Shown here one piece after another: positions 63,358 to 64,000 of a stretch of 64,000 nt of DNA. Positions within the stretch are counted from its first letter, which is position 1, and each line of letters begins with the position of its first letter. Location: contig JBEKSS010000014.1 of NCBI GenBank assembly GCA_049516875.1, positions 1 to 64,000 of the forward strand. Reading direction: 5' to 3'. The DNA comes from Candidatus Bathyarchaeia archaeon. Lineage in GTDB: Archaea > Thermoproteota > Bathyarchaeia > Bathyarchaeales > Bathycorpusculaceae. The translations under genes were made by a program, and so were the position numbers. The notes under the pieces were generated by a model, which made no database searches, was not told where the DNA came from, and saw nothing but the letters and a program-made list of their open reading frames with translations.

Positions 63358-63522
63358 GATTTCACCATTTCTGGTCTTACAGTAATTAACTTATTAAGCC
63401 TTTTTGAAACCGTCGCAGGTATTCTACGCTTCAAAAACCAATATCTCCAGCCTTTGAATCGAAACCAAATCATTATATTCCCCTTCGATAATACGCTAAC
63501 CACAAAACGGCTCGTGAAAAGA

Positions 63523-63807
63523 ATGGAAAAAATCCGAGTTTCCGGCAAAAACAAGAAGCACAAAGTACTCATGTACGCGATAAGCACCTGCGCATGGTGC
63601 AAGATGACAAAAAAATTCCTGAAAGACAACGACATCGAATACGAGTACGTCGACGTTGACCTCGCAGGCGACGAAGAGCACGAGAAAATCAGACAGGACA
63701 TCACAACTCGAGGAGCTGAACCCAGCTATCCAACGATGATAGTCGACGACAAAACCGTCATCACAGGCTTCCGCAAGGACAAGATAAAAGAGGTACTCGA
63801 GATTTGA
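63523..63807 (+). CDS. Glutaredoxin-like protein
   Basis: CAWC, SYPT, ITGF. Confidence 0.88.
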   Translation: MEKIRVSGKNKKHKVLMYAISTCAWCKMTKKFLKDNDIEYEYVDVDLAGDEEHEKIRQDITTRGAEPSYPTMIVDDKTVITGFRKDKIKEVLEI

Positions 63808-64000
63808 TCACGCTGGAAAGGGTTCGCCAAAGAGCCGAAAGCGACGCAAAAACCTTCGGCTACTACCTGCACCCTGACCCCCAGTTTCTCCAAGACCTCC
63901 TCGAAGGGCTAAAAAAGAACGAAGAACGATACGGCTATCCATCATGCCCCTGCAGAATTGCCACAGGAAACCTCGAGCTTGACCGGGACATAATCTGTCC
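63804..64000 (+). CDS. Ferredoxin-thioredoxin reductase catalytic subunit, partial
   Basis: GL..NEERYGYPSCPCR...DIICP; runs off the window. Confidence 0.88.
   Translation, partial: MITLERVRQRAESDAKTFGYYLHPDPQFLQDLLEGLKKNEERYGYPSCPCRIATGNLELDRDIIC

Overview
Archaeal chromosome segment, most like Bathyarchaeia (inferred from TBP, TFB, RadA, pelota, PEF-CTERM and dockerin surface proteins). The right half (35-64 kb) is mostly housekeeping genes interleaved with small accessory patches. The left half (at least 1-34.8 kb) is a composite island sitting directly downstream of the RNase P RNA gene (rnpB, 35133->34814, minus strand, not in the ORF track). Main finding: the 3' end of rnpB occurs four times as a direct repeat (4867-4900, 19862-19885, 26126-26156, 34813-34846). 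Each copy lies inside the reading frame of a tyrosine integrase or its N-terminal piece and encodes GYDQHAS. This fits SSV1-style split integrases that use rnpB instead of a tRNA as attB and have integrated in tandem. The rnpB-proximal unit (8,687 bp) carries a rolling-circle Rep and a DUF5343/HEPN/NDT-like cassette, and would rebuild a 379-aa integrase on excision. Second finding: short (TA)GCGCGC(GC) tracts mark most accessory junctions, cut genes mid-frame, border captured fragments (rpS17e, rpL34e, NosD repeat) and form part of the terminal inverted repeats of two MITE-like elements. Two further dispersed repeat families are described. All family calls come from motif recognition by eye; no searches were run.
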